Assembly (NCBI GenBank): GCA_027065815.1
Contig: JAMONL010000222.1
Coordinates: forward strand, 2,650 to 66,649
Direction of reading: 5' to 3'
DNA: 64,000 nt
Origin: Sulfurovum sp.
Lineage (GTDB): Bacteria > Campylobacterota > Campylobacteria > Campylobacterales > Sulfurovaceae
Shown here: piece by piece, positions 10,382 through 20,760 of the stretch
Layout of the letters: each line of letters begins with the position of its first letter
How positions within the stretch are numbered: position 1 is the first letter of the stretch
The notes under the pieces: model-generated
Databases searched by the model: none
Seen by the model: only the letters and a program-made list of their open reading frames with translations
Told to the model about the DNA's origin: nothing
Program-made: the position numbers and the translations under genes

Positions 10382-10395
10382 TTGAGCCACATCAA
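10382..10395. promoter_or_regulatory. Fnr/NssR-type box, internal nap promoter
   Basis: TTGAGCCACATCAA; TACTAT -10 at 10355-10360 on minus strand. Confidence 0.6.
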
Positions 10396-10413
10396 GAGAG
10401 GAATATTTTTGAC

Positions 10414-10938
10414 TTAAACCTTTGCATGATCCAGTTCAAACACTTCATAAGTGATCGCCTGTGTCGGACATCGTGAAAGGCAAAAACCGCAGGCTGTACA
10501 CTTTTCATCATCGATCACAGGATTGAACATCCCGTTAAATAAAATGGCATCATCGATACAGGGTTCTTTGCATGCATGGCAGATCACTCCGTGATGTGCG
10601 ACACAACTTTCAAGAGATATCTTAAATATTGCGCTTAAATACTCTGACGTTTCACTATTCTCAAGCGAAAGAACATCAGCTTCACAGACTTTTGCACACT
10701 CTTCACAGAAAGTACATCCGTTCTTTTCAAAACTTAATGTCGCTGTACCGTCATCAGCAATCAAAATGATCTTTTCATCACAGGAAGCGACACATGCTTT
10801 GCTTTCACATGCAGGACACTCACTCTGAAAAAGAGATTCCGATTTTCCATACGGAGGTCTTACCAAGAGGAGATTCTCCTCTTGGGCTTGACTTAATGGT
10901 TTCGCAAAAGATTTAAAAAAATCCCGTCTGCTTGCCAC
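10414..10938 (-). CDS. napF: Ferredoxin-type protein NapF
   Basis: SRRDFF, RPP, four Cys clusters. Confidence 0.92.
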   Translation of the reverse strand: MASRRDFFKSFAKPLSQAQEENLLLVRPPYGKSESLFQSECPACESKACVASCDEKIILIADDGTATLSFEKNGCTFCEECAKVCEADVLSLENSETSEYLSAIFKISLESCVAHHGVICHACKEPCIDDAILFNGMFNPVIDDEKCTACGFCLSRCPTQAITYEVFELDHAKV

Positions 10939-11906
10939 TATTGAACACCTTCATTCATTGCATCTGCAAGACTTGAGTGTGATTTAAATTCATCAGTAAG
11001 TCCATCTGATTTAAATGTATTTCCTACTGCTGTTTTTATCTTTGCCTGCGGTGCATGACATTGTGAACAGTTAAATCTACCTTGATACAGGTGATCCAGC
11101 TTTTTCACTTTAGCAAGTTTAATATCACTTACGTTACCCATATCGCCTTTTGCGATACCCACTTTTTTACCTTCTTTGACCAACTCTCCATTTTTAAGTA
11201 CCGTTGTCGGTCTATAGTTCGTAAAGTGAGATAGTGGGATCGGCGTAGCACCCATAGATTTGGCAACGTCCGGCATGTGACAACTAAGACACTGATTGTT
11301 ACCTTGTTTAATTGGCAATAATCCCTCTACTGAGTGCGGGATCATTGGCGGTGCATTCACATACGCTCGTTCAAACTTTGTTGAAGAACCCGGTGCAGGT
11401 CTGTCAAAACTTGCTGCATTCGGTGATACTGTATCTTCAGTATAAAGATCTGCTTTTCTAAGTCCCAAAGTAGATTCTGTGACCACTTTTTTATTGCCAA
11501 GGTCTTCTTTATTCAGTCTTTCAGGCAAACACACATTTTTATTGATATCGATCACTGATGCCTGTGCCACTGCTGCGCCTGCCGCATGTTCTGTCGCTCT
11601 ATCTGTAGCTACTCCGGCACCGCCTTTGATAGATGCTGCGATCGCCTTCATATCAGCATCTGAAAGATTTGCAACCTGGCCTTTCATCAGACCTTTCATT
11701 GCACCCCCGTAGCTACCGTCTTTATATCCTTTAAGTGCAATCAGAATATCTGCTTCACTCATATCTTTTACCACTTTTGATTTACCCATCGCCACTTTTT
11801 CAAAATACTGTCCGTGGCAGCCAGCACATGCCGCTGTACTTACAGCATAAAGACTCGTTCCTGCAAGGAATGTTCCCAATGCCAATAACTTTATTGCTTT
11901 TTTCAT
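10938..11906 (-). CDS. napB: NapB with N-terminal cytochrome c553 domain (3 CXXCH)
   Basis: APPMIPH, CLSCH, RFNCSQCHAPQ plus N-terminal CAGCH; start ATG 11906 with AAGGAG and signal peptide. Confidence 0.92.
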   Translation of the reverse strand: MKKAIKLLALGTFLAGTSLYAVSTAACAGCHGQYFEKVAMGKSKVVKDMSEADILIALKGYKDGSYGGAMKGLMKGQVANLSDADMKAIAASIKGGAGVATDRATEHAAGAAVAQASVIDINKNVCLPERLNKEDLGNKKVVTESTLGLRKADLYTEDTVSPNAASFDRPAPGSSTKFERAYVNAPPMIPHSVEGLLPIKQGNNQCLSCHMPDVAKSMGATPIPLSHFTNYRPTTVLKNGELVKEGKKVGIAKGDMGNVSDIKLAKVKKLDHLYQGRFNCSQCHAPQAKIKTAVGNTFKSDGLTDEFKSHSSLADAMNEGVQ

Positions 11907-11922
11907 TCTTCTCTCCTTATAA

Positions 11923-12729
11923 CTATTTTTTGTTTCCAAAACTTCGAATACTAAAACCCAAAGCATCATCTCCACAGACATCGATACAGCGACCACAATT
12001 GGTACACTCACCATCTGTGACAGAGATGCTCTCTTTGTTGATCATATGTAAAACCTGATTTTCAGGACAAACGATCTTACACTCCATACAGTTTGTACAA
12101 GCTTCATGGTCATGTTTGACTCTGATAAGACTTGCTTTACCGATAAGTGAATAACTCGCCCCCAAAGGACATAAGTGTCCACACCAACCATTTTTAACCC
12201 CAAAAAGGTCAAAAAGGAATATTGCTATCACGACTGAAATACCTGCACCAAAACCAAAGATAAGTCCTCTTTGCATAATGGTAATAGGACTTAAAACTTC
12301 AAAGGCAGCTACCCCTACAACAGCTGAAACAATGAGTCCCAATACCATCAGCCAGTAACGTGCATTTCTTTTGAGAAAACGGTAGTTCACTTCCTCTTTA
12401 TCCAGATTGAGTTTGCGTCTGAGCCAATTTGCAAGGTCTGTCACCATATTGATGGGACATACCCAGCTGCAAAACGCCCTTCCGCCTACCACAAAATAGA
12501 ACAAGGTAATGATCACCGCGCCTAAAAGTACATCTGCACCGAGAACAAATCCGCTTGCCAAAACCTGCAGAGTCGTGTAAGGATCTGCCAAAGGAATGAA
12601 ACCAAATAATTTGGATGCACCAAAGGTACCTTCCAAAATGTGCCAACCATAAGCATTGGCACCAAAATAAAGGAACATAAGACCAATCTGAGTTACCCGT
12701 CTGAGAAGAAGATATTTTATGTTAGACAT
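11923..12729 (-). CDS. napH: Quinol dehydrogenase membrane subunit NapH
   Basis: GRAFCSWVCP, WCGHLCPLG, two 4Fe-4S motifs. Confidence 0.96.
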   Translation of the reverse strand: MSNIKYLLLRRVTQIGLMFLYFGANAYGWHILEGTFGASKLFGFIPLADPYTTLQVLASGFVLGADVLLGAVIITLFYFVVGGRAFCSWVCPINMVTDLANWLRRKLNLDKEEVNYRFLKRNARYWLMVLGLIVSAVVGVAAFEVLSPITIMQRGLIFGFGAGISVVIAIFLFDLFGVKNGWCGHLCPLGASYSLIGKASLIRVKHDHEACTNCMECKIVCPENQVLHMINKESISVTDGECTNCGRCIDVCGDDALGFSIRSFGNKK

Positions 12730-13559
12730 TAATACTCTACCTCCGTATTCAAATAATCAGAAGCCTTTTGCTCACTTCTTTCCGTTTTAGTCTCTATTTC
12801 ATCAAGGTTGCGGTCTCCTGCTCTAAGCTGGTCTTTTTTATCCCAGCCTTTCACATAATGATCTCCGGCTTTCCCTGTAGAATACTCTATAGGAAGCACA
12901 AAGATCGCAGGCTCTTCTGTAACACAAGCCTGTTCACAAAGTCCACATCCTGTACAGACATCTGAGTGTACAATAGGAAGCAGAAATGCATGTTTCCCTG
13001 TACGTTCATTTTTCTGATAATTCAATGTGATCGCTTCATCCATCAATGGACAGGCTCTGTAGCACGCATCGCACTGTATACCCCAAAAGGCAATACAGCT
13101 CTCTTTATGTACCACCGCCAGACCCATTCGTGCCTGATTAATATCAAGTTCACCTTTTTCATTGGTAACACTTTCTTCATTCAGCGCACCAGATGGACAT
13201 ACAGGAACACAGGGAATATCATCACACATGTAACAAGGGACATCGGTTGGTATAAAAAAAGGTGTACCAATCATTCGGTGGTCACCGCCTTTTGCCATTT
13301 GAAGTGTCCCGTCTCTTTTACTGCCGTCTTTGTTCTTGTTGCTGTCACGATTGACACAAGCCTCAGCACAAAGACCACATTTGATACAGGCTTTAAGGAA
13401 ATCCTCTTCTGCCAATGCACCTGGTGGTCTGAGTACCAATGGTGATGCTTTCACTTCATCCGTATAACCACTCCACAACAATCCACCAAGTGCCGTTAAG
13501 CCTACGCTTTGAAGGGTCGTTGCCATGAACTTTCGTCTATTGTTGTCGGAGTTAGCCAT
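12729..13559 (-). CDS. napG: Ferredoxin-type protein NapG
   Basis: Tat signal RRKF, LRPPGA, four Cys clusters. Confidence 0.96.
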   Translation of the reverse strand: MANSDNNRRKFMATTLQSVGLTALGGLLWSGYTDEVKASPLVLRPPGALAEEDFLKACIKCGLCAEACVNRDSNKNKDGSKRDGTLQMAKGGDHRMIGTPFFIPTDVPCYMCDDIPCVPVCPSGALNEESVTNEKGELDINQARMGLAVVHKESCIAFWGIQCDACYRACPLMDEAITLNYQKNERTGKHAFLLPIVHSDVCTGCGLCEQACVTEEPAIFVLPIEYSTGKAGDHYVKGWDKKDQLRAGDRNLDEIETKTERSEQKASDYLNTEVEY

Positions 13560-13563
13560 CTAT

Positions 13564-16419
13564 TTACGCCTTTGTGATCTTAACTGCACACTTTTTGTAG
13601 TCTGTCTGTTTAGACATTGGACAAGTTGCATCAAGACATACTTTGTTGATGAATACTTTTTCATCGAACCAAGGTACAAATACCAATCCCTGAGGAGGTC
13701 TGTTTCTACCTCTGGTCTCAACTCTTGCTTTCACTTTACCTCTTCTTGACTCAACCCATGCAAGCTCACCTCTTTTAAGACCTTTTGCTTTTGCATCTTC
13801 AGGGTGCATATAACAAAGTGCTTCAGGAACTGCTCTAAACAATTCAGGAACTCTCATTGTCATTGTTCCAGAGTGCCAGTGCTCAAGTACACGACCTGTA
13901 CATAACCAGGTATCGTAATTTTCATCTGGCATTTCCGGTGGATCCATGTATGGTCTCGCAAAGATCTTCGCTTTGTTCTTCAATGATTTTTTGCCAAGTT
14001 TTTTATCTGGACCGTTCAAGTTACCCTGGAGAAGATTTTTCGCCAATGGACCATAGAATGCGTGTGTAGAATCAGATCCTGCTGCTTTTGCTGCTTTCGC
14101 TGCATACGGATCATACTTAACATTAAATCTCCACTGTGTTTCTTTACCGTCTACTACAGGCCATTTAAGTCCTCTAACTTTATGATACACATCAAATGGT
14201 GCCAAGTCATGTCCATGTCCTCTACCGAAGAATGCATACTCTTCAAAAAGATACTCATGGATCATGAAACCATAACCCTTAAAGACTTTACCGTCAGAAC
14301 CTTTAACATTTCTGCTGTCACCTAGACACTCAGAGTTGTCGAAACCCTCCTGAGGGAATTTTTTAGTATCGATCTTGTATGATTTCGCGGCTTTGTTCGC
14401 AAAAAGGATCTCATACATGGTTGTATCTTCTTTATAACCCATTTTCAATGCATCTTTGATAACATTTGGAAGCTTCTTAGGATTACCTTTTTTATCTTTA
14501 CCTCTTAACGGCTGCTCACCCCAAAGATCTTTCACTGTAAATCTTTTTGAGAATTCAACCCACTGCCAGGTATCAGACATTGCATTACCTACAGGAAGTA
14601 CCTGCTGTCTCCAATGCTGTGTTCTTCTCTCGGCATTTCCGTATGCTCCCCACTTTTCGTAGATCATCGCTGAGGGAAGTACAAGGTCAGAAACTTTTGC
14701 CGAAATACCTGGGTATCCGTCTGAAGTAACGATGAAGTTATCCATCTCTCGTGCTGCTTTGATCCAGTGAGATGCAGAAGCTGAATCCTGGTATGCATTA
14801 CATACATTAACCCATGCGAATTTAACCACACCATCTTCAATATCTCTGTGGATCTTCATAATATGCTGGTTACCTACCGGGTTTAGTGTACCTGCCGGAA
14901 TATTCCATTTTTTCTCAACTACCGCTCTGTGTTTAGGATTTTTCACCATCATATCTGCCGGTAATCTGTGACAGAATGTACCAACTTCTCTAGCAGTACC
15001 ACACGCTGAAGGTTGACCAGTCAACGAGAATGCACCATTTCCTGGTAATGCTTGTTTATTAAGTAGGAAGTGAACATTGTAAGAGAGTGTATTTACCCAA
15101 GTACCTCTGGTGTGCTGATTCATACCCATTGTCCAGAATGAAACGACTTTTCTACCTTTTTCAATGTAAAGATCTGCAAGTCCCTGAAGTTTTTTCTTGA
15201 ACTCTTCGATATCTTCGTTCGGATCACCTTTGGCGATTTTCGCTACATAGTCAAGCGTAAATGGTTCAAGTGATTTTTTATAATCTTCGAATGAGATATG
15301 CCAGTGTTTCAATGTACCCGGCGTATTCTTCATTTTGTCACCCTCTTTAACACCATATGGTGCAAGTGCCGGTGCTTCTTTGGCAGAGATTGTTTTTACC
15401 ATCTCTTTATTAATGATTTCCATCTCTTTAGCTGTATATTTACCAGCTGAACCATCTTTATTCACAGGAGTAATCGATTTTTCACCTGCTCTTCTCATAC
15501 CGTAACCAATATTTAACGGTCCAGCTGTAAAGACAATATTTTGCTTCACAAAATCCCAGTCAATTGCTTCTGGATGATTATATACGATCTCATGAGCGAT
15601 ATAGTTCCATAATGCAAGGTCAGTATTTGGAGAGAAGATAATGTTAATATCACCAATATCACATGTTCTGTGCGTATAGGTCTGGATATTGACGATTTTT
15701 ACTTTGTCAGGGTTTGACAATTTTCTGTCAGAAACACGTGACCAAAGGATCGGGTGCATTTCTGCCATATTTGAACCCCACGTAACGATCGTATCTGTAA
15801 TCTCGATATCATCATAACACCCTGATGGCTCATCAATACCAAATGTCTGATAGAAACCAACAACCGCTGATGCCATACAGTGACGTGCATTCGGATCGAT
15901 CGCATTTGAACGGAATCCACCTTTCATCATTTTCTGAGCTGCATACCCTTCCATAACTGTATATTGACCTGAAGCAAATACTGCTACACCTTCAGGACCA
16001 GATGCTTTCAATGCTATTTTTGCATGTTTTTCCATCTCATCAAAGGCACGCTGCCAAGTCACTGGTTTGAATTTTCCAAACTTGTCAAATTCACCTTTGT
16101 CATTCATTCTCAATAATGGTGTTTTAAGTCTATCTGCACCATACATGATCTTCGCATTAAAGTAACCCTTAATACAGTTAAGCCCTCTGTTCACCGGTGC
16201 TGCAGGGTCACCCTTAACCGCTACAATTCTACCTTCTTTGGTTGCAAGCATGATCCCACAACCCGTTCCACAGAAACGACAAGCTGCCTTATCCCATCTC
16301 CAATCTTTCTGCGCATCGGTTGCTGCCGCATTCAGATTGGAAGGAACAGCAATTCCCACCGCACTAGCTGCAGATGCTGCCGCTGCACTTTTAAGAAATT
16401 CTCTTCTATTTAAAGCCAT
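13564..16419 (-). CDS. napA: Periplasmic nitrate reductase catalytic subunit
   Basis: Tat [33 protein letters not shown]. Confidence 0.99.
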   Translation of the reverse strand: MALNRREFLKSAAAASAASAVGIAVPSNLNAAATDAQKDWRWDKAACRFCGTGCGIMLATKEGRIVAVKGDPAAPVNRGLNCIKGYFNAKIMYGADRLKTPLLRMNDKGEFDKFGKFKPVTWQRAFDEMEKHAKIALKASGPEGVAVFASGQYTVMEGYAAQKMMKGGFRSNAIDPNARHCMASAVVGFYQTFGIDEPSGCYDDIEITDTIVTWGSNMAEMHPILWSRVSDRKLSNPDKVKIVNIQTYTHRTCDIGDINIIFSPNTDLALWNYIAHEIVYNHPEAIDWDFVKQNIVFTAGPLNIGYGMRRAGEKSITPVNKDGSAGKYTAKEMEIINKEMVKTISAKEAPALAPYGVKEGDKMKNTPGTLKHWHISFEDYKKSLEPFTLDYVAKIAKGDPNEDIEEFKKKLQGLADLYIEKGRKVVSFWTMGMNQHTRGTWVNTLSYNVHFLLNKQALPGNGAFSLTGQPSACGTAREVGTFCHRLPADMMVKNPKHRAVVEKKWNIPAGTLNPVGNQHIMKIHRDIEDGVVKFAWVNVCNAYQDSASASHWIKAAREMDNFIVTSDGYPGISAKVSDLVLPSAMIYEKWGAYGNAERRTQHWRQQVLPVGNAMSDTWQWVEFSKRFTVKDLWGEQPLRGKDKKGNPKKLPNVIKDALKMGYKEDTTMYEILFANKAAKSYKIDTKKFPQEGFDNSECLGDSRNVKGSDGKVFKGYGFMIHEYLFEEYAFFGRGHGHDLAPFDVYHKVRGLKWPVVDGKETQWRFNVKYDPYAAKAAKAAGSDSTHAFYGPLAKNLLQGNLNGPDKKLGKKSLKNKAKIFARPYMDPPEMPDENYDTWLCTGRVLEHWHSGTMTMRVPELFRAVPEALCYMHPEDAKAKGLKRGELAWVESRRGKVKARVETRGRNRPPQGLVFVPWFDEKVFINKVCLDATCPMSKQTDYKKCAVKITKA

Positions 16420-16545
16420 ATTACTTCCTCCGTAAATTGATTTTTTGGTTATCTCGTAAAGTCCTCTAAAGAACTCTAGCTGTTCTTTAGGGAACTCTAC
16501 TTATAACAACGTAACTATTTTATCATAGGAAAGTCAACAGATGAG

Positions 16546-16559
16546 ATGATTTATATCAA
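16546..16559. promoter_or_regulatory. Fnr/NssR-type box upstream of napA
   Basis: ATGATTTATATCAA (one mismatch); TAAAAT at 16517-16522 on minus strand. Confidence 0.65.
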
Positions 16560-16675
16560 GAAAAATGAATTATCTTATAAATTGAACAAATATAGAACAA
16601 ATATAATTGGAGAAAAAAAGTCTTAGATAAATTAAAAAAATGAAGATTACAATAAGGATAAAAAAAAATAATGAA

Positions 16676-16698
16676 ATTAGGAGAAAAGCTCTCCTAAT
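16676..16698 (-). terminator. Intrinsic terminator after the DUF59 gene
   Basis: ATTAGGAGA-AAAGC-TCTCCTAAT hairpin followed by a T-rich run on minus strand. Confidence 0.65.
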
Positions 16699-16704
16699 AA
16701 AATG

Positions 16705-17016
16705 CTACATGCCGCCCAATGCTTTTTTGACATTATCATCTGCCATAGAAATATTCCATGCCGGCTCCCACACCACTTCTACCTCAACGGTTCCAACATC
16801 TTCTATACGTTCCACAGCTTCATATACCCACTGTTTGATCATCTGATGCAGTGGACATCCCTGGGTTGAAAGTGTCATAATGACATGGACATTACAAGTC
16901 TCTTCATCAATAATTGCATCATAGATCAATCCCATTTCTACAAGGTTAAATCCTACTTCAGGGTCGATCACCGTAGAGATCGCGTCAAATACATTTTCTT
17001 TTGATATGCTACACAT
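16705..17016 (-). CDS. DUF59/SufT-like metal-sulfur cluster assembly factor
   Basis: VIDPE...LGLIY-like, MTLSTQGCPL, VWEPAW motifs. Confidence 0.9.
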   Translation of the reverse strand: MCSISKENVFDAISTVIDPEVGFNLVEMGLIYDAIIDEETCNVHVIMTLSTQGCPLHQMIKQWVYEAVERIEDVGTVEVEVVWEPAWNISMADDNVKKALGGM

Positions 17017-17052
17017 TTATAATTTTCCTTACAATACTTATTTTATATTTGC

Positions 17053-17076
17053 GGGGTGCAATAAATTGAACCCTAC
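17053..17076 (-). repeat. GTAG-type REP
   Basis: Reverse complement GTAGGGTTCAATTTATTGCACCCC. Confidence 0.6.
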
Positions 17077-17078
17077 AT

Positions 17079-18314
17079 TTATTCTCCATACGCCAGCATC
17101 TTATTCATTGTGATAAACAAAAATATTCCACCTACAAATAAAAAACTTCCTCCGGCTTTAAACAGTATATCACTCTCAAAAAGGAGACCTAACCCACCTG
17201 ACAATACACCTACCACAGTAAAATTAAACATCATGGCTGCACCTTCTTTAGAATACATTTCATGAAGCATCGGTACTTTTTCCTTTCCGACTAAAGGTGA
17301 AAAACGTTCAAACCACACAAGAAATGGTACGATCTTGTAAAGGTGCCCGGTGATCATGGAAGAGATGAAGCCCAAAAATAAAAACCATACAGCTGCATGC
17401 AATACATTCTGCCCGCCTGCAAGAAAATAGACAAAACCAAGCAGTATCGCCACAATGAATGTTGCAAATGCAAATATCATTGATTTTGCCCAAACATCCA
17501 ACTCTTTCCGTACAGTCAGTTTAGCGATTATATAGATCTGCCAAATATAAAAGAATACGCCTGAAAATGTCACAGCATATCCTATGTACATCATCCATTC
17601 CAAACCGATCAGCGCTCCAACAAATACAATACCCACACCTGTAATGACCAGCTTGAAGGCTCTGTTGATCGCAGTTTCATCAAAGCCATGTGCCAGAGAG
17701 AACATCGGGATAAGTATAAGCGAAAGCCCTATGATCGTCAAAATGACATAACCGCCGATTACCGCATAGACATGGGCTTTCAGCATCAGGGAAACATCAA
17801 TGGCAAGATCTCCTGCAAGCCCGAGAGCAATGGCAAAACCGGTCAATATTCCCAATAACAGATAGCCGTTACTCCACTTGACCGTAGAAACCGTCAAGGT
17901 CTGAAGTTCTGTCTTTTTCAGTGTTGCAACATTTTCAAAAGCAAAGATGATCATAGCAATGAGTACAAGCAAACCTCCATAAGGCAGTAAAGCCGGCATG
18001 AACCAAAATCCTGCAACCATCACGATAACACCTGTAGCCAACAGAGGCAAAATGATATAATAGACATCTACAACAGCATGCCCGACTTCCAGAACTACTG
18101 GAATAAGTTGTGCCATAGCACCAAAAATGATCATCATGACAAAACCGAGCAGAAAAAGGTGTACCCAGCCTGCTACCCCCATTTGTTGATAGTTAAAGCT
18201 AGGTTCAAAAAAAAGCAGTGCCATCATCGAAAACAGATAAAAAACCACCCCGAATCGAAAAAAAGGTGCGATCAGTTTAAGAGGCGGGGCAAAATCTTTG
18301 GATACAGGATTCAT
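17079..18314 (-). CDS. ~12-TM membrane protein with internal repeats, function unknown
   Basis: Three similar segments: HLFLLGF...QLIPVV, HVYAVIGG...LIPMF, FLGF...GHLYKIVPF. Confidence 0.8.
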   Translation of the reverse strand: MNPVSKDFAPPLKLIAPFFRFGVVFYLFSMMALLFFEPSFNYQQMGVAGWVHLFLLGFVMMIIFGAMAQLIPVVLEVGHAVVDVYYIILPLLATGVIVMVAGFWFMPALLPYGGLLVLIAMIIFAFENVATLKKTELQTLTVSTVKWSNGYLLLGILTGFAIALGLAGDLAIDVSLMLKAHVYAVIGGYVILTIIGLSLILIPMFSLAHGFDETAINRAFKLVITGVGIVFVGALIGLEWMMYIGYAVTFSGVFFYIWQIYIIAKLTVRKELDVWAKSMIFAFATFIVAILLGFVYFLAGGQNVLHAAVWFLFLGFISSMITGHLYKIVPFLVWFERFSPLVGKEKVPMLHEMYSKEGAAMMFNFTVVGVLSGGLGLLFESDILFKAGGSFLFVGGIFLFITMNKMLAYGE

Positions 18315-18320
18315 AGTCTA

Positions 18321-18662
18321 TCAACCGCCACAAGAATTTTGTGTAAGATCCGCCTGTTCACTTTCACCACTTCTATAGGAAAAAATCAATTTGACACGGC
18401 CATCATCAAGTTTTTCCTCTTCAATATCATAATTCTCACCGATCTTTGCCAATAGACCACCAGGGCTTTTGTGGTTGATCATCACCACTTTTTTCCCAGG
18501 TCCGTCCAGCAGTTTCAAACCTGCCATGGCATTGACCATAGGATCCGGCGGTCCGCATTTGGAAGTATCGAACTCAATAATTTGATCTTCTCCCTCTTTA
18601 TAGGTAAAGAAAGGTACCGTCGCACCTTCAACTTCAATCACTTCTTTTAGTATTTCAGACAT
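18321..18662 (-). CDS. TusA/DUF2249-like small protein
   Basis: FDTSKCGPPDPM...MINHKSPGGL; C-terminal SCGG. Confidence 0.7.
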   Translation of the reverse strand: MSEILKEVIEVEGATVPFFTYKEGEDQIIEFDTSKCGPPDPMVNAMAGLKLLDGPGKKVVMINHKSPGGLLAKIGENYDIEEEKLDDGRVKLIFSYRSGESEQADLTQNSCGG

Positions 18663-18714
18663 ATTAACTCCTATTTAGTTTTTATCATTTTAATGACTTA
18701 TAATTAAAATAACC

Positions 18715-18728
18715 TTGATTTATATCAA
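18715..18728. promoter_or_regulatory. Fnr/NssR-type box
   Basis: Perfect TTGATTTATATCAA; TAAAAT at 18687-18692 on minus strand. Confidence 0.8.
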
Positions 18729-19297
18729 GACTCTTTAAAATTCTCTTTGAAATACTTCTCTACCAAGGTATCAAAATACTTCATACGCTCTTTTCCTTTC
18801 GGCATGGTCGTACGCAATGCTTTCATTTTTTGTAAGAATTCACCTACGGAATCAGGTATGATCTTTTCAAAATGTCTGCGGATATATTTTGCAAATGCCG
18901 GTGAAGCCCCTCCCGTAGAAAATGCAATGGTCAGATCTCCTTTTTGTACATATGAAGGAAAAATGAAATCACAATAATCCGTATTATCCACAGAATTGAC
19001 CAGTATCCTGCTTCCCCGGGACTCTTCATAGATCGCTTTATGCAACGCTACGGTATCTGTTGCCACAATGACAATATCGAAACCATGAATGTCTCCTCTT
19101 TTGTATGCACGCTGATAAAGGGTCAAACAGTGATCTTTGATGAGTCGATCAGCTTCCACACTTACTTCAGATGTGATGACCGTTATCTCTTTGGTGAAAT
19201 CTACAAGTTTTTCAAGTTTTTCAGTAGCAATAGCACCACCGCCGACCAGTAAAACTTTTAGATCCTGCATATCCATATACATGGGAAAGAAAGACAT
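18725..19297 (-). CDS. Precorrin-2 dehydrogenase/sirohydrochlorin ferrochelatase (SirC/Met8-like)
   Basis: VGGGAIA, VNSVD..CDFIFP, STGGASP. Confidence 0.92.
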   Translation of the reverse strand: MSFFPMYMDMQDLKVLLVGGGAIATEKLEKLVDFTKEITVITSEVSVEADRLIKDHCLTLYQRAYKRGDIHGFDIVIVATDTVALHKAIYEESRGSRILVNSVDNTDYCDFIFPSYVQKGDLTIAFSTGGASPAFAKYIRRHFEKIIPDSVGEFLQKMKALRTTMPKGKERMKYFDTLVEKYFKENFKES

Positions 19298-19354
19298 TGT
19301 GTTCCTTTTTATTCATTGTCAAAATTAATATAACAAAAGTCTATCATAATAGCT

Positions 19355-19368
19355 TTGATATGTATCAA
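19355..19368. promoter_or_regulatory. Fnr/NssR-type box between divergent promoters
   Basis: Perfect TTGATATGTATCAA; TATACT at 19391 (+) and TATATT at 19327-19332 (-). Confidence 0.8.
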
Positions 19369-19423
19369 TCTTCGCTACACTATTATTCAATATACTAACT
19401 TTAGAAAAAATGGAGCACAAAGA

Positions 19424-20416
19424 ATGCAAAACGAACTACTTTATGAGATGCAAAATGCCTTTCCTATGGCAGAGCGGCCTTTTAAGATCGTGGCTGACAA
19501 ACTCAGCAGTACAGAAGAAGAGGTACTGGCACTTGTACAACAACTCAAAGATGAGAAGATCATCAGACAGACATCTGCCATTTTTGACACAAAAAGACTG
19601 GGGTACAAATCTTCACTTGTTGCATTTAAAGTATCTGAGGAGAACATTGATAAAGCCGCCGACATTATTAACCGACATCCCGGTGTAAGCCATAATTATC
19701 TGCGTAACCATGACTACAACATCTGGTTCACCATGGCTGTTGCTCCGGACTCAGAACTGGGGCTTGAAAAAACCATCGATATTTTAAAAGAACAGACCGG
19801 TGCGGAAGACGGCATCGTCCTGCCCACCCTTAAAATGTTCAAAATTTCTGTAAAAATGGATACTACAGGCAAGCGTGCAAAAAAAGAGAAACTCAAAAAG
19901 ATCGCCCATAAAGAGATAGAGCTCACCCCAAAACATGTTGATGTCATTAAAGAGCTGCAAAAAGACATCACTGTTGTGTCAGAACCCTTTAAAAAAGCTG
20001 CAGAAAAACTTGGTTTAAGTTATGAAGAATTTTTTGCACTAGCTGAGGAACTCAAAGAATCTGGTGTCATGCGCCGTTTTGCCACCATACTCAACCACAG
20101 AAAAGCCGGCTTTGGTGCCAATGCAATGTCTGTATGGGTCGTACCTAAAGATAAGGGTGAAGAGATAGGCAGACAAATGGCAGAATTTTCAGCTGTAAGT
20201 CACTGCTACCTCAGACCAAGCTACCCCAACTGGCCCTACAACCTTTTTGCCATGATCCACGGAAAAAGCCAGGAAGAGTGTGATTCTCTCATAGAAGAGA
20301 TGGCTAAAGAGAGCGGTTTAACCGAGTACAGAAAACTCTACTCAACCAGAGAGTTTAAAAAGCAGCGTCTGGTCTATTTTGATGATGCATTTAAAGCATG
20401 GGAAGCAGCCGTCTAA
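19424..20416 (+). CDS. Fused siroheme decarboxylase (NirDL/AhbAB-type)
   Basis: Two Lrp-like halves with VSHNYLR and VSHCYLR, WPYNLFAMIHG; start ATG 19424 behind GGAG. Confidence 0.92.
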   Translation: MQNELLYEMQNAFPMAERPFKIVADKLSSTEEEVLALVQQLKDEKIIRQTSAIFDTKRLGYKSSLVAFKVSEENIDKAADIINRHPGVSHNYLRNHDYNIWFTMAVAPDSELGLEKTIDILKEQTGAEDGIVLPTLKMFKISVKMDTTGKRAKKEKLKKIAHKEIELTPKHVDVIKELQKDITVVSEPFKKAAEKLGLSYEEFFALAEELKESGVMRRFATILNHRKAGFGANAMSVWVVPKDKGEEIGRQMAEFSAVSHCYLRPSYPNWPYNLFAMIHGKSQEECDSLIEEMAKESGLTEYRKLYSTREFKKQRLVYFDDAFKAWEAAV

Positions 20417-20430
20417 GCTAAATAATTACT

Positions 20431-20672
20431 CAGGCAGTGCGATCGATGGCAATCGCCTCCTACGCGAAAGCAATTAGACATCAATCAGGCAAAGCGTGCC
20501 TTGTCACTGTGAACACCCAATGCACCCCACTTACGCTTTAGCGACGGAGGGTATCGTCATTTAGTGACAGAAAAGCAAAGCGATTTGAGAACAGTGACGA
20601 CTTTTGTTTCACCCCAAGGGTATTTCCGATGGGCACTTTTCTAGAAAAGTAATAAGAGAAACACGGCCACAA
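20431..20672. other. GC-enriched structured intergenic element (candidate ncRNA or non-autonomous element)
   Basis: REP-like left end, long-range stem 20501-20510/20591-20600, palindrome ACTTTTCTAGAAAAGT. Confidence 0.35.
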
Positions 20673-20760
20673 GTAAAATAACTAGGAAAATTAAAAAATG
20701 TGTTGAAATATGTATCTCCACGTAAAACATGGGAATAAGAAAGAAAAAAATTCTTAAAGA

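Noticed and set aside
11907-12014. Extended N-termini in the ORF track (napB, rpsB, cobA, nirF, norB, nirDL)
   Set aside because: Downstream ATGs have an RBS or stop-start coupling and the expected N-termini; extensions overlap neighbours or promoters
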